DNA of 23,735 nucleotides, from positions 1-23,735 of the forward strand of contig JAZDIV010000071.1 of assembly GCA_043804695.1 (NCBI GenBank), read 5' to 3'. Within the stretch, counting starts at the first letter, position 1, and each line of letters opens with the position of its first letter. The translations under genes were made by a program, and so were the position numbers. Positions 1-10,988 of this stretch are shown here, one piece after another. Source of the DNA: PVC group bacterium. GTDB taxonomy: Bacteria > Auribacterota > Erginobacteria > Erginobacterales > Erginobacteraceae. A model generated the notes under the pieces. It had not been told where the DNA came from, did no database searches, and saw nothing but the letters and a program-made list of their open reading frames with translations.

Positions 1-7
1 TGGACAT

Positions 8-133
8 GTCATTGCGAGGAGCGAGATCCTTCGCTATCGCTCGGGACAGGCTACGCAATCTCAACTATATGCACAGCAAGAGATTGCTTCCCGCCACGCT
101 TTGCTCGCGGCTTCGGCTAACGCTCGCAATGAC
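8..133. repeat. REP/MITE-like palindromic element (GTCATTGCGAG...CTCGCAATGAC)
   Basis: Terminal inverted repeats GTCATTGCGAG (8-18) and CTCGCAATGAC (123-133). Inner inverted pair GCAATCTC (55-62) and GAGATTGC (80-87). Confidence 0.75.
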
Positions 134-172
134 CGCAATCCGTGCTGCAAATACTACAACGGTCGGATTAAT

Positions 173-244
173 AAATCCCAAATCTCAAGCACCTCAGCCA
201 AAGGTTGATCAGCCTTTGGCTGAGGTGCTTGTTATTTAGGATTT
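173..244. repeat. Inverted heptamer arrays joined by a 30-bp double-hairpin element (194-223)
   Basis: aaatccc aaatctc aagcacc [tcagccaaaggttgatcagcctttggctga] ggtgctt gttattt aggattt. The right arm overlaps the murC-like stop codon and could also act as a terminator. Confidence 0.85.
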
Positions 245-1624
245 TTCCCCGGCAATTTGCCGGGAAATTCGGCGGGCGAGAGCGCTCAGCCCGGGGTCGC
301 GGGCGCCCATGATCAGACAGACCATCCCGGACCCGCCGGACCGCTCGAGATCGGCCAGCAGGGCCTCCGGGCCGGGCAGGACCGAAACCCGGGCCGGACC
401 GGCGATCACGGCGGCCAGTTCTTCCGACCCGAAACCGGGCTGCACCGTCCCGCCCGGGTAATAGACCGGGAGCAGGATCAGCCGGTCGCCGGCGCCGAGC
501 CCCCGGGAAAAGGCGGCGGCCAGCTCGCGGCGGAACCGGCGCAGGGGGGCGAAACCGTGCGGCTGATAGACGGCGGTCACCGGGAGGCCAAACCTACGGG
601 CCGTCTCCAGGGCGGCGGCGATCTTGGCCGGGTTATGGGAGTAATCATCAATCACGACCAGGGCCGGCGACGAATAAACGATTTCCATCCTCCTCTTTAC
701 CCCCGGGAAATCAGCGACGGCGGGGGCGGCCCGGGCCGGATCGAGACCGGCCAGAGAGGCGGCCGCGACCGCCGCCAGGGAGTTGTAAACATTGTGGAGC
801 CCGGGCAGGGGGACGAGGAACCGGACTCCACAGAGCGTAAAAAATGACCTTTCCCGGCCGATGTCAATCTCCCGGGCCCGGAAATCGGACGCGGCATCAA
901 CGGAGAAGGTGACCGCCGGAACGCGGAGGGACCGGATCAGCCGGCTCTCCGGGCAGTCGGCGTTGAGCACGACCCCCTTCCGGCAGCTTCCGGCGAACCG
1001 CCCGAAAATCTCTCTCAGGCGTTCGATCTCGAAGTGGTCGGGGGAGATGTTGGTGATCACGCCGTGGGCCGGAAGATACCGTTCCAGGACGCCGTCGCTC
1101 TCATCGGCCTCGAAGCAGAACCATTCCGATTTTCCCAGCCGGGCATTCCCCCATCCTCTCTCCTTCTCCTTCAGGGGGGCCCCGATGACGAACGTGGGGT
1201 CGCGGTCATTCCGGGCGAGGATCCAGCTCAGAAGCGCCGCCGTGGTGGACTTGCCGTTGGTCCCCGCCACCGCCAGCGATTCCCGCCCCCGGGTAAGCCG
1301 CAGCAGGTAATCGCCCCGGCTCACCACCGGCACCCCGGCCGTTTCCGCCGCCCGGAGATCGGGGATCTCCGCCTCCACCGCCGCCGAGCTCACCGCCTCG
1401 GCGGCATTTTTCACCCCCGATCCGTCCTGGGGAAAGATGGCGATCCCCTCCCCTTCCAGGCATTGGCGGAGGTCGGCCGCCTCGCCCCGGTCGAAGAAGC
1501 GGTCGGAGCCGCTCACCTCCCGCCCCTGCCAGCGGGCGACCTGGGCCAGCGCGCTCATCCCCGTGCCGCCGATCCCGACAAAATGGATTTTTTTTCTTGC
1601 GGGGATAAATGCATCCTTCTTCAT
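236..1624 (-). CDS. murC: UDP-N-acetylmuramate--L-alanine ligase-like Mur ligase (MurC/Mpl family)
   Basis: GIGGTGMSALA N-terminal motif, GSD, P-loop AGTNGKSTT, EADESDG, ITNISPDH, DDYSHNP, YQPHG. Lies outside a dcw cluster, so it may be a recycling paralogue. Confidence 0.8.
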   Translation of the reverse strand: MKKDAFIPARKKIHFVGIGGTGMSALAQVARWQGREVSGSDRFFDRGEAADLRQCLEGEGIAIFPQDGSGVKNAAEAVSSAAVEAEIPDLRAAETAGVPVVSRGDYLLRLTRGRESLAVAGTNGKSTTAALLSWILARNDRDPTFVIGAPLKEKERGWGNARLGKSEWFCFEADESDGVLERYLPAHGVITNISPDHFEIERLREIFGRFAGSCRKGVVLNADCPESRLIRSLRVPAVTFSVDAASDFRAREIDIGRERSFFTLCGVRFLVPLPGLHNVYNSLAAVAAASLAGLDPARAAPAVADFPGVKRRMEIVYSSPALVVIDDYSHNPAKIAAALETARRFGLPVTAVYQPHGFAPLRRFRRELAAAFSRGLGAGDRLILLPVYYPGGTVQPGFGSEELAAVIAGPARVSVLPGPEALLADLERSGGSGMVCLIMGARDPGLSALARRISRQIAGEKS

Positions 1625-1681
1625 TAGTGTTGCATCAGTGTTTAAACCATGAAACTTTCTCCCCTGCCGAGCGAGGCGGCA

Positions 1682-1826
1682 GGGGCCGGTTTTTGGGTTT
1701 GGTGTCCTGCTTTAGCTGCTGAACTTTCGCTCCGGTGGGACAAGCCCACCGGGGGCGATTTTTTATTTTAATGTCGCAGGATAGCTTTTTAACTTCCGCT
1801 CCGGTGGGATGAACCCACCGGGGGCG
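1682..1826. repeat. 69-bp tandem duplication, each unit carrying a REP-like hairpin CCGGTGGG-N5-CCCACCGG
   Basis: Hairpins at 1732-1752 and 1801-1821. The flanking tgtc, tagct and aactt motifs recur at exactly 69-bp spacing. Confidence 0.8.
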
Positions 1827-1847
1827 TATCTCAGTCATCCCGGGGGA

Positions 1848-1874
1848 ACATTCGACATTCGATATTCGATATTC
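1848..1874. repeat. Heptamer tandem array (AYATTCG)x4
   Basis: acattcg acattcg atattcg atattc. Confidence 0.8.
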
Positions 1875-1886
1875 TTTATTCAATAT

Positions 1887-2639
1887 TTAAATTTTTACCA
1901 CCATCCCGTCCTCCCCCCGGATCACTTCTCCGGGGAACTCCTTCCGACACTCCTTGACCGGGTCGATTCCGTCACAGAGAGAATCCATGTGAGTGAGAAG
2001 AACCTTTTTCACCTCCGCCCGCCGGGCGATGATCCCCACCTGGCGGGGGGTGAGGTGCATCGGAACCCCCGCCCCGTCCGGGAAGGAGCACTCGCAGACC
2101 AGAAGATCGGCGGACCGGGAAAGGCTGATCAGGGAATCGCAGGAGCCGGTGTCGCCGGAATAGACGGCCGATCCGCCCCGGAGCTCCTCCACCCGGTAGG
2201 CGATGCTTTCGGGATTGTGAAGAACCGGGGCCGTCCGGGCCCGCCAGCCGGATCCCGACCACCACCGGTCCGCGATCTCGTGGATCAGGACCCGGTATCC
2301 GCTCCCCTCCAGCCACCGGGGATAGAGGGCGTTGAACCCCTCCATCAGATCCACCAGACCCGGAGGCCCGGCAATCAGGATGTCCCTTTCACGGGGTTCC
2401 GGGTCGTACCGGGAGGCGAAGAGGAAGTGGGGCAGGCCCAGGGTGTGATCGGGGTGAAAATGAGTGACCAGTATCCGATCGATCTCCCGGTGGCGGTATC
2501 CGGCTGCCAGCAAGCCCCGCAGTATGTCGGGCCCGCAGTCGAAAAGCAGCTTCTCCTCCCCGGCCTCCATCACCAGGCCGGGCGACGCCCGCCGGAGGGA
2601 CGGGCTGGAAACGCCGGTGCCGATGAGCGTGATCTTCAT
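1887..2639 (-). CDS. MBL-fold metallo-hydrolase, RNase Z/BN-like family
   Basis: MKITLIGTG start, FDCG, THFHPDH (HxHxDH), YSGDTG, CECSF, HLTP, LLTH. Confidence 0.85.
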   Translation of the reverse strand: MKITLIGTGVSSPSLRRASPGLVMEAGEEKLLFDCGPDILRGLLAAGYRHREIDRILVTHFHPDHTLGLPHFLFASRYDPEPRERDILIAGPPGLVDLMEGFNALYPRWLEGSGYRVLIHEIADRWWSGSGWRARTAPVLHNPESIAYRVEELRGGSAVYSGDTGSCDSLISLSRSADLLVCECSFPDGAGVPMHLTPRQVGIIARRAEVKKVLLTHMDSLCDGIDPVKECRKEFPGEVIRGEDGMVVKI

Positions 2640-2844
2640 TATAAATTAGCGCCTCCGGTGCTAATTTAGAAGAATTGGGGTGAATTGTACCTTTTAAACT
2701 CGTAACAGACTGATGATTACCCAAAAATTAGTTTGAATGCAACTGCTCAATAAACAACGGTAAGCCCTGAACGTAATAAAACAAAACAAAATATCTTCCT
2801 GGTTGCTTTTTCGCCTGTTTCGGACTTGTAGGAATTGTAGGAGA

Positions 2845-2971
2845 TGTAGTATCGCCTTGCCTCCGGCAAGGCTTGCTGAACTACAAGCGAAGCGATCCTT
2901 CAATTACTACAAAGAATGCCGAAGACATTCTGATCCTGCAAGTCCTTCACGAAGTGAAGGACGATACTACA
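2845..2971. repeat. Inverted pair of GTAG-type REP-like hairpins (REPIN-like doublet)
   Basis: TGTAGTATCG (2845-2854) followed by hairpin GCCTTGCC-TCC-GGCAAGGC. Hairpin GTCCTTCAC-GAA-GTGAAGGAC (2942-2962) followed by CGATACTACA (2962-2971). Confidence 0.7.
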
Positions 2972-3018
2972 CTATTTGAATACACCTTTTCTTGAAATTC
3001 CTGAGCAGCACGTGAGAT

Positions 3019-4566
3019 TTACGGTAACTTAGAACTACCATGGTTTTCTCTCACCGGCTTCACTCTCCCGGCCAGAACTTCGGCCAGGGCCCGGACGGAC
3101 AGCGGGCCGGGGCCGCGGGTGATCAGCACCGTCCCCGCCCGGGGGAACAGCTTCGCGTCACGGGGATCCCGCACCACCGCCAGGACCGCGTCCGGCCGGC
3201 GCTCCAGCAGGGCCCCGATCAACTCCCGCTGCTCCGGGAACCGGTAGGCGTCGCAGGCGGTGATAACGACCGGGAGCTCACCGGCGGCGGCCGCCAGCGC
3301 CCGGGCTCTCTCCTCCGGTGACGGCCGGAGAGGAAGATTAATGATCCCGGGCGCAAGTCCCGCCGCCCGGAACGGCGCGGCCGGCCCGCCCGATGCCGCG
3401 GCCCTGTCCCCCACCTCGACGGTCCGTTCCGGCTCGAACCAGACCAGGAGGAACGGTCTCTTCTTCCCAGCCGCGAATCCCTTCCCGGAAATCCGTTCGG
3501 CCGATACGGCTCCCCGGGCAATCCGGAAAGCGAAGTCATCCTCACCGCCCGGGGGAGGGACTCCCGGCAGGGGCAGACGCGCCTTGAGGGCGGCGATTCT
3601 CTCCCGGCTCTCCCTGATCCGCTCCCCGACTTCCCGGTCCGCCGCGCCGCTTTTATGAAGGAGACGGAACGTCCGCTCCCGGGCGGAGGGCGAGTGGCAG
3701 AGGAGAAGCATGTCCACTCCGGCCCGGAGGGCGGTCAGGGCGGCCTCGTCCGCCGCGCCGGCGGCCCCCACGGCGCCCATCCCCAGGTCATCGCTGATCA
3801 GGACCCCCCGGAAATGAAACTCGTCCCGGAGCAGCCCGGTCAGCACGGGCCGGGAAAGGGTGGCCGGACGGATCCGGCCGCCGTCAAGAGCGGGATAAGC
3901 GGCGTGAGACGTCATGACCGCCTCTACTCCGGCCTCCACCGCCGCCCGGAAAGGCGCCAGATCCCGGCGCCGGATCACGCGGGCCGGCGTCCGGATCACC
4001 GGCAGTTCCTGATGCGAATCCCGCCGGGCCGCGCCCTTGCCCGGAAAGTGCTTGGCGGTGGCCGCGATCCCCCCGGCCTGCATCCCCCGGATCAAAGCGC
4101 TCCCCAAGGAGGCAACCCTTTCCGGATCGCCCCCCAGAGAACGGAGCCCGAGACTGTGACTCCCTTCCGGAGAGTAGAGATCCAGAACCGGCGCCAGGTT
4201 GATGGTGATCCCCTGCCGGCGCAATTCCCGGCCGGTAATCAGTCCCTGGCGGTGCGCGTCTTCGGGCGACCCCGCGAACCCCAGCGCCAGGTTGCCCGGA
4301 AAAGCCGTCATCCCCTCCCGTAACCGGGCGACCGTTCCTCCCTCCTGGTCCACCGCGATCAGAAGGGGGCTGTCGGCGACCTCCCGCCGCAATGCCCCCA
4401 GTTCCCGGCAGAGCCCGGAAACCTGCCCGGCGCCCCGGATATTTCTCCCGAACAAGATCACCCCCCCCACCCGCCACTCGAGGATGTACCGGCGGAGGCG
4501 GGCATTCAGTGACTGCCCTTCAAACCCCACCATCAGTAATTCGCCCGGATCGCCGTCGTTTTTCAT
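3019..4566 (-). CDS. nagZ: Beta-N-acetylhexosaminidase, glycoside hydrolase family 3 (two-domain NagZ)
   Basis: GGVILFGRN, IAVDQEGG, NLAPVLD, KHFPGKGAARRDSH (NagZ signature variant), ISDDLGM nucleophile region, and a C-terminal extension. Confidence 0.9.
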   Translation of the reverse strand: MKNDGDPGELLMVGFEGQSLNARLRRYILEWRVGGVILFGRNIRGAGQVSGLCRELGALRREVADSPLLIAVDQEGGTVARLREGMTAFPGNLALGFAGSPEDAHRQGLITGRELRRQGITINLAPVLDLYSPEGSHSLGLRSLGGDPERVASLGSALIRGMQAGGIAATAKHFPGKGAARRDSHQELPVIRTPARVIRRRDLAPFRAAVEAGVEAVMTSHAAYPALDGGRIRPATLSRPVLTGLLRDEFHFRGVLISDDLGMGAVGAAGAADEAALTALRAGVDMLLLCHSPSARERTFRLLHKSGAADREVGERIRESRERIAALKARLPLPGVPPPGGEDDFAFRIARGAVSAERISGKGFAAGKKRPFLLVWFEPERTVEVGDRAAASGGPAAPFRAAGLAPGIINLPLRPSPEERARALAAAAGELPVVITACDAYRFPEQRELIGALLERRPDAVLAVVRDPRDAKLFPRAGTVLITRGPGPLSVRALAEVLAGRVKPVRENHGSSKLP

Positions 4567-4629
4567 GACATCTCCGCAGTGCCCGCCCTGTAATTATTTG
4601 ATTTTTTTCGTTTCGGATGGGTTACCGCA

Positions 4630-4975
4630 CGAATGACTAAATCCTCAGCCAAAGGCTGATCAGCCTATGGCGGAGAATGATGAATGACGAATCAATGACT
4701 AAATCATCAGCCCGAGGCTGATCCGCCTCCGGCGGAGAATGTCCAAGCCTCCCTGCCTATCCTCCTTCGCCATAACAGTTCCAGCTCCAGCGACGTAAAG
4801 CGGTTTTGACGCTTGCGCGCCATAGCGCGCCGGCGAGATGGCGGATGACAAAAGTAGCCCTTAAAGACCAAGATTACAAGCACAGCAAGCACAAGCAAAG
4901 CAACGGGTTGAGGATTCTTTTGGACATTGGGACCTGGGCATTCTTTCGAGTTTCGTCATTCGGGTTTCGTCATGT
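4630..4975. repeat. Composite element: inverted AATGAC/GTCATT arrays with two 30-bp double-hairpin insertions (4645-4674, 4707-4736)
   Basis: With the inserts removed, the left arm reads atgactaaatccgaatga...aatgtccaa. This matches the reverse complement of the right arm (ttggacatt 4920-4928; ttcgtcattcgggtttcgtcat 4952-4973). Confidence 0.75.
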
Positions 4976-5257
4976 GAAATACTATCCACAATATCAACAT
5001 CTACCCACACAAAGAGAACCATTTTACCCCCCTAATCATCGCCGATCTATCTCTATTATTGAATAACCCGACATTACTCACACAATGGGTATGCGTTTTC
5101 TGGTATCGGCCTTTTGCCGGCGCGGGCAACAATAAACAGCCGATCGTCATTTTTTATTTGCATCACCGCACCTTTTGGCGTAGTTTCGGCGTATTTTCCG
5201 ACAAGTATCGATCGACAATGAGGCGGCTTTTTCCGGACGCGTCGGGATCATGGAAAC

Positions 5258-5752
5258 ATGAAAACAGAACCGGTTTATTTTTTCAGCCCGGCGGAATGGA
5301 GCGCGATTTACGTTCATAAATACTACCTCGCCCAGAAGGCCGGGGTGGAAGTGAGCCTCCAGGACACGATCGCGGACTGGCTGAAGAACTACGCCCGGTT
5401 GTGGCGGGAACAGGAAGAGGAGATCAAGAAACAAACCGGGAAGTATTCACCGGAGGGGGAACAGTTCAGCCCGGCGGAGTGGAAGGGGATCCAGGTCCAC
5501 CGGTATTTTCTCTCCCAGCGCTACTGCCGCTGGGTCAGCATCCAGGAGACCATCGCAGACTGGCTCAAGAACTACGCCCGGATCTGGCGCGAGAAAAGAA
5601 TGGAGCTCTCCTCCCGGAACCAGATGGAGCAGATCCTCAAGCATAAGTGGCTTGAATCCGAGAAGGTCAGGCACGATGTCGGGCAGAAAGCCGCCGCCGA
5701 TTGGATCGAGAAGTTCGCCAAGCAGTGGCGCCTGTGGTGGGAGACCGAGTGA
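5258..5752 (+). CDS. Protein with three tandem DUF4032-like helical repeats
   Basis: Three copies of I-x-x-H-[KR]-[YW]...DW-x-x-x-[YF]A-x-x-WR. The third copy (HKWLESEKVRHDVGQKAAADW) resembles DUF4032. Codon usage is GC3-rich like the neighbouring genes. Confidence 0.75.
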   Translation: MKTEPVYFFSPAEWSAIYVHKYYLAQKAGVEVSLQDTIADWLKNYARLWREQEEEIKKQTGKYSPEGEQFSPAEWKGIQVHRYFLSQRYCRWVSIQETIADWLKNYARIWREKRMELSSRNQMEQILKHKWLESEKVRHDVGQKAAADWIEKFAKQWRLWWETE

Positions 5753-5756
5753 GAGA

Positions 5757-5974
5757 AAAGTTCGAAGTGCCTAAAGTTCAAAGTGCCTAAAGTTGTCGCT
5801 TCGCCTGGCCGGGCACGGCCTTCCGACCCAATGGCGCAAGAAAGAGATGATGGATAATAAAGAGTTTTCTCAACTATCGGGAAATCCGGCAAAAGCAGGA
5901 GTACCAAGCGAGGCGAATAACTTTAGGCACTTTAGGCACTTCAAACTTTAGGCACTTTGAACTTTAGGCACTTC
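5757..5974. repeat. Paired inverted arrays of AAAGTGCCT/AAAGTTC units
   Basis: Left array aaagttcgaagtgcct aaagttcaaagtgcct aaagtt (5757-5794). Right array contains actttaggc four times (5919-5974). Lies between convergent genes. Confidence 0.85.
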
Positions 5975-5982
5975 AGTAACTC

Positions 5983-7911
5983 TCACCGGATCGGTATCAA
6001 CAGATCCGGCCGCTCACCTTTACTGTAGGGTACGTTGTCCTCCCCTTCCCCCCCCGGGATCGTCAGGATCTTTTCCGCGGCATCATGCCGCCCTGCCAGC
6101 CGGCAGGCGATCGCCAGCGCGTCGGCGATCCGGGGAACCCCGGGGTATTCTTTCACCAGCATCTCCAAAAGAGCGATCGCCCGGCCGGTCTCACCCCGGT
6201 CCAGATAGGTCAGGGAGAGGTTGTACCGCGCCCGTGGGCTGTCCGGCAAAATGGAGAGGGCGCGGTGGTAGACCGCCATGGCGCGGTCGGACATCCCGGC
6301 CTGGGCGAGCAGAAGACCGTATTCGCATAACGCGGGCACGAAACCAGGCCGATCGGCGAGCACCCGCTCGTACGCCCGGAGGGCCTCCTCCTTTTTCCCC
6401 ATCCGGGCATAGAGGCCGGCCAGGGAGTGATGGGTCACCCAGTCATCGCGGCTTTCCAGGATCTCCTCCAGGATGGCCGCGCCCGCCTCCGGCGATCCGG
6501 AACGGCCGAGCGCCCGGGCCAGGTTGCTCCTGGCCGCGAAGACGATCTCCTCCCGGGCCATCGGGTCGCCGTCCATCATCTCCAGAGCCCTCCGGAGATG
6601 CCGGATCGCGGCTTCGTCATCGCCCCGCTGATAGAGAATCTGCCCCAGGTGAGCCCGGGCCATCGGCGTGTCGGGGCAGGTCTCGACCGCATTCCGCCAG
6701 AGCGATTCCGACTCCCTCCAGACCACTGTCTGCCCGTGCGAGAGAAGGAGCAGGAAAGCCGCTCCGGCCAGGGCCGGGGCGGCGGCCCTCCGGTTCCAGG
6801 CCCGCCCCCCCGGCGCGGACAGGACGCACCAAAGCAGGCCCGCGATCCCGAAGGAGGGCAGGTAGGTGAACCGGTCGGCCGCCGCGGCCATCCCGGCCGG
6901 GAAAAGGCCGCTCACCGGGAGGATCGAGACCAGGAACCAGAGCCAGAAGAAAAGCGCTCCCCGACCGGAACGCCGCTGGAGAAAAACGGCGGCGGCGGTG
7001 ACTGAGGCGAGCAGCCCGATCGCCGGGAAAGCGCTCCAGGCGGACCCGGGAACGGCGGAGGGATAGGCGGCCGCCAGCCGGACCGGGAGAAAGAGTTTGC
7101 CCAGATAAAAAACCAGCGTCCGGGCGGCCAGAACTATCCGTTCCCCGGGGCCGATCGTCTCCAGCGGAATTAAGGCTTGGTTCCGGGCCTGCCCGTACAG
7201 GGCGATCAGGCCGGCCGCGAGCGCGAGCAGAAAAAACGGGATCTTCCCGGCCGCCCGGCGGAGCCCCCCGGGCGGCCGGCCCGGGACGTCGATGAGAAGA
7301 TCGGCCAGGATCAGGATTACAGGAAGCGTCACCGCCATCGGCTTTCCGAGCAGGGCCAGGAGGGCGAAGAGCAGCGACGCCGCATACCATCCCGGCCGTC
7401 CCCGCTCGCGGTAGCGGAAATAGGCCACAACGGAGGCCAGATAGAAAAAGCAGCAGAGAACGTCTTTCCGCTCGCTGATCCAGGCGACCGACTCCGCCCG
7501 GAGCGGATGAAGCGAAAAGAAAACGGCCGCGATGAACGCCGGGAAGACCGGAGCGGCTTCCGCCCCCGGCCGGAGACGCCTCCCCAGCCGGTACAATAAC
7601 GCGAACGCCAGCGCCGCCGAGGCGGCATGAATCAGGAGATTTTCAAGGTGATAGCCGAACGGATTCAGCCGCCAGAAGGCATAGTCGAAAGAATAACCGA
7701 TCCAGGCCAGCGGCTTGAAATCGCCCACGGTGAAATCAGTAAATATCCAGAGAAAGCCGTCCGTCCCGGCGGTCCTGATTTTCTGATGGAAGACGACGTT
7801 CTCCTCGTCATCCCAGTTGAGAAAGGACCCCGGCAGCGCCGGGAAGAAAGCAATCCCATTCAGGACAACCAGCAGAGAGATGGCAAGGCCGATGGACGCG
7901 CTATTTCTCAT
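5983..7911 (-). CDS. TMTC-like membrane glycosyltransferase (GT-C fold) with C-terminal TPR repeats
   Basis: First TM helix followed by NWDD, then HPLRAESVAWISERKD, KPMAV, ADRFTYLP, multiple TM segments, W...LW, and TPR helices. Confidence 0.8.
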   Translation of the reverse strand: MRNSASIGLAISLLVVLNGIAFFPALPGSFLNWDDEENVVFHQKIRTAGTDGFLWIFTDFTVGDFKPLAWIGYSFDYAFWRLNPFGYHLENLLIHAASAALAFALLYRLGRRLRPGAEAAPVFPAFIAAVFFSLHPLRAESVAWISERKDVLCCFFYLASVVAYFRYRERGRPGWYAASLLFALLALLGKPMAVTLPVILILADLLIDVPGRPPGGLRRAAGKIPFFLLALAAGLIALYGQARNQALIPLETIGPGERIVLAARTLVFYLGKLFLPVRLAAAYPSAVPGSAWSAFPAIGLLASVTAAAVFLQRRSGRGALFFWLWFLVSILPVSGLFPAGMAAAADRFTYLPSFGIAGLLWCVLSAPGGRAWNRRAAAPALAGAAFLLLLSHGQTVVWRESESLWRNAVETCPDTPMARAHLGQILYQRGDDEAAIRHLRRALEMMDGDPMAREEIVFAARSNLARALGRSGSPEAGAAILEEILESRDDWVTHHSLAGLYARMGKKEEALRAYERVLADRPGFVPALCEYGLLLAQAGMSDRAMAVYHRALSILPDSPRARYNLSLTYLDRGETGRAIALLEMLVKEYPGVPRIADALAIACRLAGRHDAAEKILTIPGGEGEDNVPYSKGERPDLLIPIR

Positions 7912-8212
7912 TTTGAGCAGGATTATTGACTACCAGCAGAATAACTTTGTTCACGATATCATCGGAAGCCGGATTAATTCGGTATATCCTGAAAAACCCC
8001 GACTGCCGGCTTGTTAAAAAGCCGACTTTTTCCAACTGAATAAGATGTTTGGAAGTACTGCGTATAGACAGCTTGATCCTGCCGGCTATCTCTCCAACGT
8101 TAATTTCACGATCAGGAAAAAGTAATTTAATTATCCTGATCCGCCGATGGCAGGATACTCCTTTAAAGATCTCTTCCAGCTTCTTGATCGGGATATCCCT
8201 GGTATCAGCCAT
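7901..8212 (-). CDS. ArsR/SmtB family winged-helix transcriptional regulator
   Basis: IFKGVSCHRRIRIIKLL...NVGEIA...STSKHLIQLEKVGFL...G..RIY. The ATG at 8212 is preferred because GGGGTGA lies upstream (the ORF track starts at 8248). Overlaps the next gene by 11 bp. Confidence 0.85.
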   Translation of the reverse strand: MADTRDIPIKKLEEIFKGVSCHRRIRIIKLLFPDREINVGEIAGRIKLSIRSTSKHLIQLEKVGFLTSRQSGFFRIYRINPASDDIVNKVILLVVNNPAQNEK

Positions 8213-8335
8213 TATCTCACCCCTGTAACAATCAAAAGCCTCCGCCAACTATTCGCATATTCGCGCGAAAGTACCCATGCTCTCTCCGCCATTTTAATTC
8301 TCGTTTCCTTTTTGGCCCCTTTGCGATGGACAGAC

Positions 8336-10978
<2,643 letters not shown>

Positions 10979-10988
10979 TGTGACCTCC

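Noticed and set aside
6..239. 77-aa plus-strand ORF
   Set aside because: It is largely a translation of palindromic repeat DNA (ends in QPKVDQPLAE from the 30-mer).
2646..2664. TTAGCGCC-TCC-GGTGCTAA resembling CIRCE
   Set aside because: It spans 19 bp instead of 27, the inner arms do not match CIRCE, and it is not upstream of a chaperone gene.
4630..4746. Repeated 30-mers as a mini-CRISPR array (also 23345-23463)
   Set aside because: At most 2-3 copies per locus, the intervening sequences are themselves repeat DNA, copies are nested and dispersed, and no cas genes are present.
5001..5013. 13-bp match CTACCCACACAAA to the reverse complement of 23562-23574
   Set aside because: Isolated 13-bp matches are expected by chance in a window of this size, and the match does not extend.
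4707..5434. Short ORFs 4707-4898, 4806-5066, 5059-5319 and 5147-5434
   Set aside because: They are derived from repeats or are shadow frames, with no RBS or motif support.
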